Shown: positions 9,583 through 20,150, numbered from the stretch's first letter. The stretch is DNA of 64,000 nt from Patescibacteria group bacterium (GCA_038064855.1 JBBTSE010000007.1:151699-215698), one strand, 5' to 3'. Notes: generated by a model from the letters alone, not told the origin. Made by a program: numbers and translations.

Positions 9583-9940
9583 AAATGATGAGATTTTTTA
9601 AAATATCCTTGCGTAATCGATTGCGTGGAATCATACCAGTGACCGCCTCGCGAAGCAACCGTGCCGGATCTTTGGTAAAGATATCGCGGTAGGTAGGAAT
9701 ACGGAGACCACCGTGGAAACCCGAATAACGCTCGTTGCCACCCTGATCCCATTTGCGACCAGAAAGGCGAATTTGACCCACATTCTTTACGATAACCTTT
9801 TGATTTGGTGCCACATGGCTTTCCCAATCAGTCGTACCTTTACCACGAATCAAAACAGCGACTTGCGAGGCAAGTCGACCAAGCGCCATACCGCGAGCGT
9901 CGATTGTGATATCAGTCTTTTTTGCTGTTTTCTGTGTCAT
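9563..9940 (-). CDS. rplM: 50S ribosomal protein L13
   Basis: IDARGMALGRLASQVA, YSGFHGGL, AVTGMIPRN; start at ATG 9940. Confidence 0.95.
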   Translation of the reverse strand: MTQKTAKKTDITIDARGMALGRLASQVAVLIRGKGTTDWESHVAPNQKVIVKNVGQIRLSGRKWDQGGNERYSGFHGGLRIPTYRDIFTKDPARLLREAVTGMIPRNRLRKDILKNLIIYVTDEK

Positions 9941-9941
9941 A

Positions 9942-10292
9942 TTATTGGACGATACTGATATGAGCCATGGGCGCGGCGTCTGACTTGCGTATACCAATGT
10001 TGGTGATACGGAGATACCCGCCGTTGCGCGTGGTCATCTTGGGGACAATTTCTTTTTTGAGATGAGTAGCTGCATCTTTGCCGAGGGCTGCTACAACGGT
10101 GCGATGTCCGGCAAGCGTACCCTTCTTCTCGGTCGTGATCAAGCGTTCGAGTACGGGGCGGACAGCTTTTGCCTTGGCCTGGGTCGTGGTGATGGCGCTC
10201 TTCAAAACAATAGAACGGGCAAGCGAACGCAAGAGCGCCTCGCGTGGCCCCTTTTCTCGTTTTAAAACTTTACCGACACGACGATGTTGCAT
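9942..10292 (-). CDS. rplQ: 50S ribosomal protein L17
   Basis: ITTTQAKAK, RNGGYLRI, RKSDAAPMA. Confidence 0.96.
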   Translation of the reverse strand: MQHRRVGKVLKREKGPREALLRSLARSIVLKSAITTTQAKAKAVRPVLERLITTEKKGTLAGHRTVVAALGKDAATHLKKEIVPKMTTRNGGYLRITNIGIRKSDAAPMAHISIVQ

Positions 10293-10301
10293 AGGAGTTG
10301 T

Positions 10302-11267
10302 TTAGTCTTCTTGATTAAGTGTTAAGCCAAAATTGCCAAGCTCACGATGTATTTCCTGCATGGCTTTTTCGCCAACGCCATCAAGCTCGCGAAGCTCGGT
10401 CTCGGTCTTGCGTGCGACATCACCAAGCTTAGTGAATCCGGCACGGGCAAGCGCATTGAGCGTATGGCTCGAAAGCTTTACATCTTCAAGTAATATACTG
10501 CCGTAATCGGTGTCGTCGCTGGCGGGTGCTGCGATTTCTTGTTTGCGCTCCGGTAGAATAGAAAGTACTTCGCCCTTCTCACCGAATGCGCGAAGTTCAC
10601 CCAATTGCCCGATAAGAATCTCGAGAGCAGAAGTAAATGCGTCTCGCGGGGTGATCGTGCCATCGGTGTCGATCGACATGATGAGCTTGTTGTAATCAGT
10701 CTCAGTACCGACACGCATATTTTCTACATGGTAGCTAACCTTACGAATGGGAGTAAAAATAGCATCAAGTACGATAGCACCTGCTTCTAACCGCTGGCTT
10801 TCGATTACTTCTTTGGGACGATATCCTACGCCACGCTCTACCGTCAGTTCGATAGAGAATGTCGCGCTTTTTTTGGTAAGAGTCGCAATATGCAAATCTT
10901 TGTTGATGATCTCAAGATTTGAAGAAGTCTTGATATCACCAGCTTTTATCTCACACTCGCCCTTGGCTTCAAACAAAATAGTCTCGGACTCTTCACTATA
11001 CATCTTGAAACGAAGCTGTTTGAGATTGAGGACAATCAAAAGCACATCTTCGAGCACGCCAGGAATGGTCGAAAACTCATGATTGATACCTTGGATTTTA
11101 ACGCGGGTTACGGCAGCGCCTGGCAGAGACGAAAAAAGGACGCGGCGCATCGCGTTGCCAATCGTCACACCGTATCCTGGGTGCAAACTCTCGATGATAA
11201 TATCAGCCTTGGTCGGAGTTTCGTTTTCGACATAGGGCCGTGAAGGAAGAAGTATTGTAGTATTCAT
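10302..11267 (-). CDS. rpoA: RNA polymerase alpha subunit
   Basis: GYGVTIGNAMRRVLFSSLPG, HEFSTIPGVLED, DAIFTPIRKV. Confidence 0.98.
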   Translation of the reverse strand: MNTTILLPSRPYVENETPTKADIIIESLHPGYGVTIGNAMRRVLFSSLPGAAVTRVKIQGINHEFSTIPGVLEDVLLIVLNLKQLRFKMYSEESETILFEAKGECEIKAGDIKTSSNLEIINKDLHIATLTKKSATFSIELTVERGVGYRPKEVIESQRLEAGAIVLDAIFTPIRKVSYHVENMRVGTETDYNKLIMSIDTDGTITPRDAFTSALEILIGQLGELRAFGEKGEVLSILPERKQEIAAPASDDTDYGSILLEDVKLSSHTLNALARAGFTKLGDVARKTETELRELDGVGEKAMQEIHRELGNFGLTLNQED

Positions 11268-11295
11268 AAAATATTAAAAATGAGACTACCCCCTA

Positions 11296-11931
11296 TTAGC
11301 GGGAATAGTACTCCATAATAGACTTTACATCGTATAATCGTACCATATCTTCGACTTTTGGTAAAGAGCTCACAGTGCCTTCGTGCTTCTCGGGTACAAA
11401 CGAGAGCCACGAAGAAGTCTCGTGTTTTTTAAGTAACAATTCGATGTCGCGGAATACACCCTTGGCAGCAGAACTTTGTGCCATACCAATACGCTGACCT
11501 ACACTCAGACGATATGAAGGCACAAATACTTTTTTACCATCAACGGTGATGTGACCATGCGAAATGATTTGGCGCGCGACAGAACGAGAAACGGCAAAGC
11601 CGAGACGAAATACAGTATTGTCAAGACGCAATTCGAGTGCGGAGACAAATTTTTGGACTACATCACCACCATGACCCGCGAGCGCTTTCGCGACATAGTT
11701 AGAAAACTGGCGCTCGGAAACACTGTAGAGCAAACGGACACGCTGCTTTTCATGAAGTTGGCGAGAAAACTCAGACACTTCTTTTCTGCGCTTGGTACCA
11801 CCCTTACCATGAATACCGGGAGCATACGGCTTGCGGATCATCGCGCATTTTTGTGAATAACAACGCTCACCCTTTAAAAAGAGCTTTTCGCCTTGTCTCC
11901 GACATTTTTTACATTTTGAATCTTGTATCAT
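11296..11931 (-). CDS. rpsD: 30S ribosomal protein S4 (Zn-binding form)
   Basis: CKKCRRQGEKLFLKGERC, LELRLDNTVFRLG, EYYSR. Confidence 0.98.
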   Translation of the reverse strand: MIQDSKCKKCRRQGEKLFLKGERCYSQKCAMIRKPYAPGIHGKGGTKRRKEVSEFSRQLHEKQRVRLLYSVSERQFSNYVAKALAGHGGDVVQKFVSALELRLDNTVFRLGFAVSRSVARQIISHGHITVDGKKVFVPSYRLSVGQRIGMAQSSAAKGVFRDIELLLKKHETSSWLSFVPEKHEGTVSSLPKVEDMVRLYDVKSIMEYYSR

Positions 11932-11955
11932 ATATGTTTATTGATAGGGTGGATG

Positions 11956-12381
11956 CTATACGCGACGAGGTTTTTTGAGACGCGGGATGCCGTGCGGGAT
12001 TGGCGTCATATCTCGAATAGAGCTGATAGCAAAACCTTTCTGACCGAATACACGAAGTGCCGACTCTCTACCCGAACCGAGCCCCTTGATACGAATATCA
12101 AGGTCAGTGACACCCATGTCGCGCGCCTGATCAGCTATGACTTCGGCAGCTTTCGTAGCGGCATACGGCGTGCCCTTCTTTGAACCGGAAAAGCCCATGC
12201 GTCCGCTCGAGTTTTGAGCAAAAAGATTACCTCGCGCATCAGTAAGAGAGATGAGTGTGTTATTGTAGGTTGCCGAAATATGCACAAGCCCATGCGCGAG
12301 TTTGCGGCGCGAGCTTGCGGCTTGACGCGGCGATGATGCCTCGCCTTCCCCTGATTTTCTGATGATACGCTTTTTGCCCAT
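11956..12381 (-). CDS. rpsK: 30S ribosomal protein S11
   Basis: ATYNNT, GFSGSKKGTPYAA, DMTPIPHG. Confidence 0.98.
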   Translation of the reverse strand: MGKKRIIRKSGEGEASSPRQAASSRRKLAHGLVHISATYNNTLISLTDARGNLFAQNSSGRMGFSGSKKGTPYAATKAAEVIADQARDMGVTDLDIRIKGLGSGRESALRVFGQKGFAISSIRDMTPIPHGIPRLKKPRRV

Positions 12382-12387
12382 AGGATT

Positions 12388-12774
12388 TTATTTCTTATCA
12401 ACCTTACGCTTACCTGAACCCATCGTCACACGCTTGTTACCTCGGCGAGTGCGAGAGTTTGTCTTGGTGCGCTGACCACGCAATGGCAAGTTACGCATAT
12501 GGCGTGTACCGCGATACGCGCCCGTGTCTTTGAGACGCTTGATGTTGAGCAAGATCTCACGACGCAACGCGCCCTCAACCGCGTATTCTTTTTCGATGAT
12601 AGCGCGGAGACGAGCAGTCTCATCAGGGGTCAAATCTTTGGCTCGCTTGGTGTCTGAAATCTTTGCTTTCTCTAAAATGACGCGCGCCAAAGGACGGCCG
12701 ATGCCGTAGATGTATGAAAGGGAGATTTCTATTTTTTTGTTGTCGGGGATGTTAACCCCTGCGATGCGTGCCAT
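12388..12774 (-). CDS. rpsM: 30S ribosomal protein S13
   Basis: [31 protein letters not shown]. Confidence 0.98.
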   Translation of the reverse strand: MARIAGVNIPDNKKIEISLSYIYGIGRPLARVILEKAKISDTKRAKDLTPDETARLRAIIEKEYAVEGALRREILLNIKRLKDTGAYRGTRHMRNLPLRGQRTKTNSRTRRGNKRVTMGSGKRKVDKK

Positions 12775-12777
12775 ATA

Positions 12778-12891
12778 TTATCCTTGTCGTTGCTTATGTT
12801 TTGGAGTCTTACAAACAATAAAAAGGCGTCTCTGACGCTTGACCAGTTTGCAGTTATTACAAATTTTCTTTACTGATGCGCGTACTTTCAT
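12778..12891 (-). CDS. rpmJ: 50S ribosomal protein L36
   Basis: Manual translation [37 protein letters not shown]; too short for the ORF track. Confidence 0.97.
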   Translation of the reverse strand: MKVRASVKKICNNCKLVKRQRRLFIVCKTPKHKQRQG

Positions 12892-12915
12892 TTGTCTTAC
12901 GTCTTAGATTCCAGG

Positions 12916-13131
12916 CTAGAGACGCTGGACAATACGACCCTTTTCCTTGTCATAAGGCGAGAATGCGATCCTCACCCGGTCGCCGACAAGAACTTTGATA
13001 TAATGGAAACGCATTTTTCCCGCGAGATGAGCCGATACCTCATCCTCGGAATTGTCGAGTTTCACCCTAAAAAGACCGCCCTTGAACGCTTCTAGTACAA
13101 CGCCTTCGCGCAGAGTCTTTTCATCTAGCAT
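12916..13131 (-). CDS. infA: Translation initiation factor IF-1
   Basis: AHLAGKMRFHYIKVLVGDRV...SPYD..KGRI. Confidence 0.97.
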   Translation of the reverse strand: MLDEKTLREGVVLEAFKGGLFRVKLDNSEDEVSAHLAGKMRFHYIKVLVGDRVRIAFSPYDKEKGRIVQRL

Positions 13132-13177
13132 AGGAATATGTTCTCCATCATATCCGAGAGTTGATTTGATGTCAATA

Positions 13178-14452
13178 CTAGCGCACTTGGACGATAAGCT
13201 GACTGGAGCGAGAGGGTATGCGCTTGAGAAATGAGGGTCTAAAAGTCTCTTCTATATTCTTGATTCCTGGGTACAGAGTGAGGAGGCCCTTGATATCACT
13301 TACTTTTTTGGCGGCGAGCACTTTCTTGCGAAATTCATCAACAGGCACCGCCCCCTCAAAGACAATCTTACCCTGTACCGTACAAGAGATAGCGCTCTTT
13401 GCATAATCAAGCTTTGGCTTCTCACAAGAGAGTTTTGTGCCCACTGGCAAAGTAAAACTGGCGATCAACGCCTTATCTTCAAATAGGATATTAGCGAGCG
13501 CGGCCTGATAGGCGGCCCTGTCAACCGCCAAAACTTTTGCCTCTCCCCGTACCTCGCCAAAAAACTTATCTCCGGGAGCGCCAATGGGCGGATCAGTCAC
13601 GCGCAATGTGATGTTTGCCTCAATGGTATCAGGAAATATAACATACGGATCTTTCATTTCATCTGCGAGTTTTGTCGCCAAGTTCGCCTTTACCTTTTCC
13701 TCAAGACTCTTGAGAAGCGCTTCTGCCTCGGCTTTACCTACAACCTTACCCTGCCCGGCAGCTCCTCCTTTGATGTCGCCCGGCCCATCAGCGCGCGAAC
13801 GAGCATAAAACTTGTCATACTTTGGGGTGCCGGAAAATCCGGGGATTTTAAAATCAGAAAAACCTACATTATATTTTTCGCCTGGCGCATCGGCGGTTAT
13901 CTCAACCTCGACAGATCCTGGCTTGTCTCCTTTTTTACCCGGTACCACCACACGACTCTTGGCGCGGAATACCAGGCCTTTGCTAGTCTGAAAGCGTGTA
14001 TTCTGGACCAAAACCTGCGGCTCGGAAGAATAGTTATTATATACCAGCACTACGCCGGACGCGCGCTTGCTAAACGCCTCGACATTGGTGCTCACACCCT
14101 CACCTCGCTCAACGATTTCAGTCTTAAACTCCTTAGCGGTGACTGTGAGTGGGACACCCTCGCCCATATTGAAATTTCGTTCTTGTTTTCGGATGACAAG
14201 CGTAAGCGTTGACGACCACCAGATAGAAGCGCAAACAACAACAATAGCGCCAACAATGATAGCTGTTTGCCGTAAACCAAAACGGCGTGTTTTTTCACCC
14301 GTCGTATGATTTACTATTTTTTCATGACGCGGAGGAAGTGGATCGGATGAATGTTTTTTAGGAACAAGCATGGGCGACTTTTTGGTGCCACCCGCAGGAC
14401 GGATATCCGAAATAACGCGTTTTTGGTTGTTGCCAGAAGAAAACATACTCAT
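13178..14452 (-). CDS. Membrane-anchored hypothetical protein with baseplate-J-like region
   Basis: N-terminal TM; ASGVVLVYN...TRF...GLVFR...ADAPGEKYN pattern of the kind seen next to FtsA-like genes in CPR. Confidence 0.65.
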   Translation of the reverse strand: MSMFSSGNNQKRVISDIRPAGGTKKSPMLVPKKHSSDPLPPRHEKIVNHTTGEKTRRFGLRQTAIIVGAIVVVCASIWWSSTLTLVIRKQERNFNMGEGVPLTVTAKEFKTEIVERGEGVSTNVEAFSKRASGVVLVYNNYSSEPQVLVQNTRFQTSKGLVFRAKSRVVVPGKKGDKPGSVEVEITADAPGEKYNVGFSDFKIPGFSGTPKYDKFYARSRADGPGDIKGGAAGQGKVVGKAEAEALLKSLEEKVKANLATKLADEMKDPYVIFPDTIEANITLRVTDPPIGAPGDKFFGEVRGEAKVLAVDRAAYQAALANILFEDKALIASFTLPVGTKLSCEKPKLDYAKSAISCTVQGKIVFEGAVPVDEFRKKVLAAKKVSDIKGLLTLYPGIKNIEETFRPSFLKRIPSRSSQLIVQVR

Positions 14453-15603
14453 TTAGTATAATAGCGTGTACTCGCGATAAGCGACATGAGACCAAAATCT
14501 CCGGGACCGTCGAATGCGCCAAAGGTACCAAATTTGTCTTGAAACGCTTCGGGTTGTATGACCGAGACATGAAGTCCACGCGCGAGATCGGGATGCAAGA
14601 GCGGTGGAGCAACGGCATTTTTCATATCACTCACAAGCGCACCGCCACCCAAAAAAAGCATTTTGACATCGCTCATGATGTCTCTAGAGGCGCGCTGCCA
14701 AATGCGTTCAAAAACTTCTTCCCATGATTTCATCTCTTTTTTTATAGTAGCACGAAGCTTTGCCGATGCATCTGCGGTTAGTGTATTGCCTGTGTATGCT
14801 TTGAGAAGCGTGAGCGCATTGTCCAGATCAACCCGCTGTGATTCTGAAATGCGCAACAAAATATTGAGTACTCCAAAAGGAAGCGACACAATCTCGGTGA
14901 TAACGCCATCTACTAAAAAAGTAACTTCGGTGAGCTCGCCTCCGATATCAACAATGATCACTGAGTGTTCGGGCGCAAGTGCCTCTTGCATCAAGAGCCA
15001 AGTAGTAATAGGAAAAGTTGAAAATCTGATATGAGCGTCAGGACGCGAGCTTTTGATGACCGAGGTAAAGGTGTCATAGAGTTCGCGTGAGGTACCCGCA
15101 AAATGAATCCATGACTCGATTTCTTCAGCGCTTTTACCAGTCGGCTGATCTACCCGATACCCATTGAGCAGTGAACGCATCAATACTTCTTCGATGATAA
15201 CCACATCGCCATGGCCGATATCAGCCAAAAATTTTTGCTGACCCTGATTGATAAAGCTTGCCGTATCTGCCTGTGTGACCACGCGCGGCTTGGGACGCTT
15301 TTCATAGACCCGTTCTGTTTTGCCAAGATAAAAGATAGATGAGAGCCCGACCACATAGATCTCAGGCATAATACCTTTGAGCTCGGTACCTGCATCTTTG
15401 AGAATGGCGGAAAATTGGCCCACGGTTGATTTACTAAAGTGCGAGGCGTCGCGCTTGAGCGAAGCCGTATAAAACTTACGAAAAATCTTAAGTACATGAG
15501 GACGCGGATCATCACCGCGAAGCTCAAAGAGCGCGGCACTCACTGATGCCGTGCCAATATCAAAAGCAAGACCAACCTTCTTTTGCGATTTGTGGAAAAA
15601 CAT
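14449..15603 (-). CDS. FtsA/PilM-like actin-fold protein
   Basis: FDIGTASV, VDIGGELT, LGGGAL actin-fold motifs; start ATG 15603 coupled to the alaS stop (TAATG). Confidence 0.75.
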   Translation of the reverse strand: MFFHKSQKKVGLAFDIGTASVSAALFELRGDDPRPHVLKIFRKFYTASLKRDASHFSKSTVGQFSAILKDAGTELKGIMPEIYVVGLSSIFYLGKTERVYEKRPKPRVVTQADTASFINQGQQKFLADIGHGDVVIIEEVLMRSLLNGYRVDQPTGKSAEEIESWIHFAGTSRELYDTFTSVIKSSRPDAHIRFSTFPITTWLLMQEALAPEHSVIIVDIGGELTEVTFLVDGVITEIVSLPFGVLNILLRISESQRVDLDNALTLLKAYTGNTLTADASAKLRATIKKEMKSWEEVFERIWQRASRDIMSDVKMLFLGGGALVSDMKNAVAPPLLHPDLARGLHVSVIQPEAFQDKFGTFGAFDGPGDFGLMSLIASTRYYTK

Positions 15604-17369
15604 TATGGCTCTATTGTAGCACGAATGCGACGAACGCCCGATGAAGACGCTTCTTCTTTTAGTATACGCAACTTTCCGATTTCGCGCGTGTGGGTAACAT
15701 GTGGCCCGCCACAAAACTCGCGCGAAAAGACCTCGGACTCGTCGGAAGTACCAAATGTGTAGACATTGACCTCAGCAGGATACTTTTCTTTGAAAAAATA
15801 GAGAGCGCCGGTTTTGACTGCCTCATCAAACGGCAAAAGCTTTTTAGTGACACTATAATCTTTCTCGATAGCGCCATTGATAAGATCTTCTACCGCCTTG
15901 AGCTCATCGGGAGTCACTTTACGGCCAAATGCAAAGTCAAAGCGCGTGCGTTCTACCGTGATATCGGAACCCATCTGATGTACCTCGGTACCGAGTACTT
16001 TGCGGAGCGAAGCCTGAAGTAAGTGTGTAGCTGAGTGAAGACGAGTCACTTTTTGGAGCTCGGTAGCGTCTTTTGCTTTGAGCTCGCCTGTATCGAGTAT
16101 CAAGCCGTGGCCGCCAAATTTTTTCTCAGCACCTTGGCGAGATTTTTCTTGGTGTTTTTTAAATTCTTCGTCAAATGCCTCGCGTTTGAGTACCGAGGCG
16201 CGCTCACCGCCAAGCTCTTTAATGATCTCGTAGGGCAACCCGAATGTCTCATACAAACGAAATGCTGACTGCGCATCAAGCGTTTGTATTTTTTCAAGCT
16301 CGCCAAGGCCTTTTTTAAGCGTACGCATAAAACGCTCGCGCTCGACCGTCACCTCGACGCGCACCGTGTCAGCTTTAGTGCCAAGATCTTTGTAGGTCTC
16401 GCCGTATTCATGCACAATATCGTGCACCAGTGCATCGACAATATGTACGGGCATTTTATAAAGCTCTTCGTAGGCAAACACCCGGCGCAACAGACGACGC
16501 AAAACATATCCCGCCTCTTTATTTGAAGGGCGCACACCGTCAGCGATCAAAAAAGCACTGCCACGGATATGATCAACGATCACTCGGCGCACACGCTCAT
16601 CAAACGCGTTTGGGACAAGCTCTAAAAATGGTGCAAATAGATCCGTCTCAAATAAATTGCGCTTTTTCTGCGCGATCATCACTAGGCGCTCGAGACCCAT
16701 ACCAGTATCAACGCCGGGAGTTTTGAGTGGTTCGAGCGCCTTGCCGGAAGTTTGAGCTAAAAGCTCTTCGCGTGAACCTGCGTAGAAAAACTGGTTAAAC
16801 ACGAGGTTCCATACCTCCACATCTTTACCACTAGCATTGGTACAGTAAATCTCTGTTGTAGGGCCACACGGGCCTGAGGTGCCTGTAGGGCCCCAAAATA
16901 CATCGTTAATACCCTCTTCACGAATATCTTTAATACCGAGTGCTTGCCACGCCGCACGAGACTCTTCGTCTTTGGGTACGCCGTGAGAACCTTCGAAGAT
17001 TGTGACATACGAAATCTCAAGACCAAGCTCGCGGGTTATAAATTCATAAGCAAACTTGATAGCACCTTCTTTGAGATACCCGCCAAATGAAAAGTTCCCG
17101 AGCATTTCAAAAAATGTCAGGTGTGTATCATCGCCCACCTCGTCGATGTCAGAGGTACGAAAACATTTTTGTGATGATGCGGTATTGAGTGATTTGAAGT
17201 CACGCATAGCGTCTGCCGCACCGGTATAATAGGGCTTGAACTGCTGCATGCCCGCGGTTGTCAGCAATACCGACGGGTCGTCGGGCAACAGCGAGCTTGA
17301 TGGCACCACCGTGTGGCCATTTTTTGCAAAAAAATGGAGAAATTTCTGCCGTATTTCCGAGCCTTTCAT
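15603..17369 (-). CDS. alaS: Alanine--tRNA ligase (588 aa, lacks C-Ala domain)
   Basis: TTAGMQQFK, HLTFFEMLGNFSFG, DTGMGLER, editing HSATH and CGGPH. Confidence 0.97.
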   Translation of the reverse strand: MKGSEIRQKFLHFFAKNGHTVVPSSSLLPDDPSVLLTTAGMQQFKPYYTGAADAMRDFKSLNTASSQKCFRTSDIDEVGDDTHLTFFEMLGNFSFGGYLKEGAIKFAYEFITRELGLEISYVTIFEGSHGVPKDEESRAAWQALGIKDIREEGINDVFWGPTGTSGPCGPTTEIYCTNASGKDVEVWNLVFNQFFYAGSREELLAQTSGKALEPLKTPGVDTGMGLERLVMIAQKKRNLFETDLFAPFLELVPNAFDERVRRVIVDHIRGSAFLIADGVRPSNKEAGYVLRRLLRRVFAYEELYKMPVHIVDALVHDIVHEYGETYKDLGTKADTVRVEVTVERERFMRTLKKGLGELEKIQTLDAQSAFRLYETFGLPYEIIKELGGERASVLKREAFDEEFKKHQEKSRQGAEKKFGGHGLILDTGELKAKDATELQKVTRLHSATHLLQASLRKVLGTEVHQMGSDITVERTRFDFAFGRKVTPDELKAVEDLINGAIEKDYSVTKKLLPFDEAVKTGALYFFKEKYPAEVNVYTFGTSDESEVFSREFCGGPHVTHTREIGKLRILKEEASSSGVRRIRATIEP

Positions 17370-17384
17370 AATGGGCAGTATAGC

Positions 17385-17933
17385 TTATTTGATTGATTTG
17401 ATAAACTCTTCGAGATGCTCGCCAACGAGTATCGCGTCAGCGCCCTTTTGGATATCAGTAAGTGCATGAATATTACTCGCCTGACAAAGCCAGCCGTCAC
17501 GCAATGCGCGCGCGTCGGCAAACGATTCTTTTTTAAGCTCTCCCGTCGCAAGATCGCGACTATTCCAAAGTACGCGATATTCTTGCGGTATTTTTTTGAG
17601 CGCATCCATATCTAATGGCTCAACAATAATTTTTTCAGAATATATGCTTGGTGTACGCCCCACCACCAGCACAAAGTCGGCTCCTAAAAGAGCTGCGCGG
17701 CGCACATCATCATCAGTCGCATGAATACCTTTGGCAAGTATCGGTTTTTGGGTAAGTTTGCGCGCCTTTGCCAGTAGCTCAAACGAGCCTCCCCAGCGCG
17801 GATCGGTATGAATCGAAAGCCAATCGCCGTGCGTATTGGCAATATCAAAAAGCTCCTCCCACGATTTTTGTGCCCGATACCCAAACGGTGACTGTGTTTT
17901 CACCTCGGCAATAAAAAGAGTGGAACCTATCAT
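17385..17933 (-). CDS. Truncated indole-3-glycerol-phosphate synthase-like TIM barrel
   Basis: IAEVKTQSP, SIHTD..WGGS, PILAK, GADAILVG; only 182 aa. Confidence 0.7.
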   Translation of the reverse strand: MIGSTLFIAEVKTQSPFGYRAQKSWEELFDIANTHGDWLSIHTDPRWGGSFELLAKARKLTQKPILAKGIHATDDDVRRAALLGADFVLVVGRTPSIYSEKIIVEPLDMDALKKIPQEYRVLWNSRDLATGELKKESFADARALRDGWLCQASNIHALTDIQKGADAILVGEHLEEFIKSIK

Positions 17934-17949
17934 GTCTCTATTCTAGTAT

Positions 17950-17988
17950 AAAAAAGACCCCGCATCGTCTGAACGACTTTGCGGGGCT
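17950..17988 (-). terminator. Terminator after the helicase gene
   Basis: CCCCGCA...TGCGGGG stem followed by a T-tract on the minus strand. Confidence 0.6.
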
Positions 17989-17996
17989 GTTAGGTT

Positions 17997-20051
17997 TCAT
18001 TCTTTCATCACTGTCGCATTACGAGAGGATATCCGTTTTTTAACGGCGCATCGAGGGCAATGACTTCCTTGTATACGATGGCTGCCCGACACCTGCCATT
18101 CATGATGACATGTCCCGCATATCCACCAGTACTTTGCATAACTACCAGCGACTACTTCAGTAGCGGGGAGTGCATTACGAGTCGAGTATTCTTTGGAAAG
18201 TTTTGGGTATGTAACTGCAAGATTGTTGGTTGTGGTTACAATTCGGTGGGTACACGAGGGACAACCAACACCTCGTGAACGACTAGCCCCTACAGCTTGC
18301 CATTCATGCATACACATTTGGCAAATCCACCAGAGTTTTTTGCTTGTACTGGCAATGACTTGAGTGGCAGGGATCAAGTTTCGCGAGGAGTATTCTTTGA
18401 CAAGTTCTGGGTTTGTAATAGTCAAGTTATTGAGGTGAGTTACTCGTTGGCGCGCACAAGAGGGACAGCCCTTACCTGCAACGCGGTCGGCTCCTCTCGT
18501 TTCCCACTCATAAGTGCACGATGCACATCTCCACCAAAGTTTTTTATTTGTCCCCGCAGTCACCGCTGTTACAGGAAGAATATTACGGATTGAATATTCC
18601 TTAGCAAGCTCTGAATGTGTGATCGCGAGATTATTTTTTTCTGTTACAACCTTGTTGGCACAAGAGGGGCACCCGCGACCCTGCATCCGTCTTGATCCCT
18701 GCGATTGCCATTCGTAGCTACATATGGAACATATCCATAGATACTTCATAGCCGATCCTGCAACAGCACGATCGGCGGGAATGGGATTACATGACGAGTA
18801 TTTCTTTAGAAGATACTCCACTTCTGACACACGAGCTGGTCGGACCCGGTCCATCAGCCTCAAGAGAGGAACAATCGTCTCCGTGAAGTTCACGGAATTG
18901 ACGTTGAGCATCATCGGCGAAGAGGTTGCTTGGTTCAAATCACCCCCTCCCCTACGCTGCAACGCCGCATCTTCAATTTGCCGCCACAACGTATGGACCA
19001 TCTTGATCCGTTCGCAGTTAGCGACAAAGTCGAGGGCAATGACCTTGTCTTTGCCATCACTCTTGCGAAGCCCACGGCCAAGCTGCTGAAGAAAAATAGT
19101 GTTCGAGGTTGTAGAGCGCAGGAAGACAACCATGTTTGCCTGTGGGATGTCGATGCCCTCATTGAAAGCGTTGACCGTCAGCACGGTACTGATGATACCT
19201 TGCCGGAACATTTCGAGTTTTACCGCACGCTCCCTGTCGGGGACCTTCGAGTGAATCGCGAAACTGTCCGGTATGAACTTGGCAAGGTGCTCACAATGTC
19301 GGATTGAATTGCAAAAAATCATTGTACGAGGATTCTGAAATCCCGCAGTGTGTCGCGCAATGATCTTTGCAATCTCCCCATCACGTCGTGGAATAAAAAC
19401 CTTGCGGTTAAGCTCCGCGAGTGAGACCCGACTCCCGTCTTCTGCCTTGAGTTCTTCAGATAGTACTATTTCATCCGTCAGTAACCGGTAGTCAACGGGG
19501 GTCACGAGTCCTCGTACTATCGCTTCTTCGAGCGGAAGGTAATACACTTCGTGCCCGAAGAGTTCGCGGATATCGAGCTGGTCGAGCCGATTGGGGGTTG
19601 CAGTGGCACCGAGAAGAAATTGCGGCCTAAAGTACTCGACTGTCGAGCGATAGGTGTCCGCTTGAGAGTGATGGCTTTCATCAACTACAATATAGGCAAA
19701 CTCTGTTGGATCAAACAGTTCTCTCGAGCGCTCCATGGTCTGGAATGAAGCAAAGAGAAAGTCAACATGATGTAGATGCTTTTCCTCGCCATGAAAGTAG
19801 CCATAGGTTCGTTCGGGACCATTGACGGCATGAAAAGTGGTCTTTGCTTGGTAGAGGATGTCATTGTTGTGACAAAGAAAGAGTACGCGACCCCCTCCCT
19901 GCCGTTCCCGGAATGCTTTTGCGTCAAAAGCCATGGTCACTGTCTTGCCAAGGCCACTTGCCATAACCACAAGGGCTCTTGTAAGACCAGTAGCCCGTAC
20001 GCTCTCTAATACATTGAGGCACTTGAGCTGGTAGGAATAGGGCTTATACAT
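17997..20051 (-). CDS. SF2 DExH helicase (ResIII-like) with four C-terminal zinc-ribbon repeats
   Basis: [37 protein letters not shown]; 4x W.C..C..EW...GCP.C; SD AAGGAG before ATG 20051. Confidence 0.9.
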   Translation of the reverse strand: MYKPYSYQLKCLNVLESVRATGLTRALVVMASGLGKTVTMAFDAKAFRERQGGGRVLFLCHNNDILYQAKTTFHAVNGPERTYGYFHGEEKHLHHVDFLFASFQTMERSRELFDPTEFAYIVVDESHHSQADTYRSTVEYFRPQFLLGATATPNRLDQLDIRELFGHEVYYLPLEEAIVRGLVTPVDYRLLTDEIVLSEELKAEDGSRVSLAELNRKVFIPRRDGEIAKIIARHTAGFQNPRTMIFCNSIRHCEHLAKFIPDSFAIHSKVPDRERAVKLEMFRQGIISTVLTVNAFNEGIDIPQANMVVFLRSTTSNTIFLQQLGRGLRKSDGKDKVIALDFVANCERIKMVHTLWRQIEDAALQRRGGGDLNQATSSPMMLNVNSVNFTETIVPLLRLMDRVRPARVSEVEYLLKKYSSCNPIPADRAVAGSAMKYLWICSICSYEWQSQGSRRMQGRGCPSCANKVVTEKNNLAITHSELAKEYSIRNILPVTAVTAGTNKKLWWRCASCTYEWETRGADRVAGKGCPSCARQRVTHLNNLTITNPELVKEYSSRNLIPATQVIASTSKKLWWICQMCMHEWQAVGASRSRGVGCPSCTHRIVTTTNNLAVTYPKLSKEYSTRNALPATEVVAGSYAKYWWICGTCHHEWQVSGSHRIQGSHCPRCAVKKRISSRNATVMKE
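18040..18830 (-). repeat. Four tandem coding repeats of about 68 aa (zinc ribbons)
   Basis: NNLAIT.PEL.KEYS.RN..P...V.AG..KK.WW.C..C..EW......R..G.GCP.C recurs about every 204 nt. Confidence 0.9.
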
Positions 20052-20120
20052 CCGTCGTATCTCCTTTCTGTCTTTTGCGACAGTAATTTTTCGAGGATCG
20101 TCTATGCGCAAGCAAAACAT

Positions 20121-20150
20121 ATTGACAATGTATTGTCAATGCTCTAGAGT
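20121..20150. promoter_or_regulatory. Palindromic divergent promoter/operator
   Basis: ATTGACAAT-GT-ATTGTCAAT gives TTGACA on both strands; on + it reads TTGACA, 17 nt, TAGAGT. Confidence 0.7.

Noticed and set aside
13178-14452. Prophage suggested by the baseplate-like domain
   Set aside because: The protein is membrane anchored, sits among housekeeping genes, and no other phage genes are present.
15603-17369. AlaS, and EF-Ts at 52327-52773, as truncated pseudogenes
   Set aside because: The frames are intact, catalytic motifs are present and coupling to neighbours is clean; short forms fit a reduced genome.
17997-20051. Type I or type III restriction-modification system
   Set aside because: No methyltransferase or specificity subunit is nearby and no nuclease motif was recognised.
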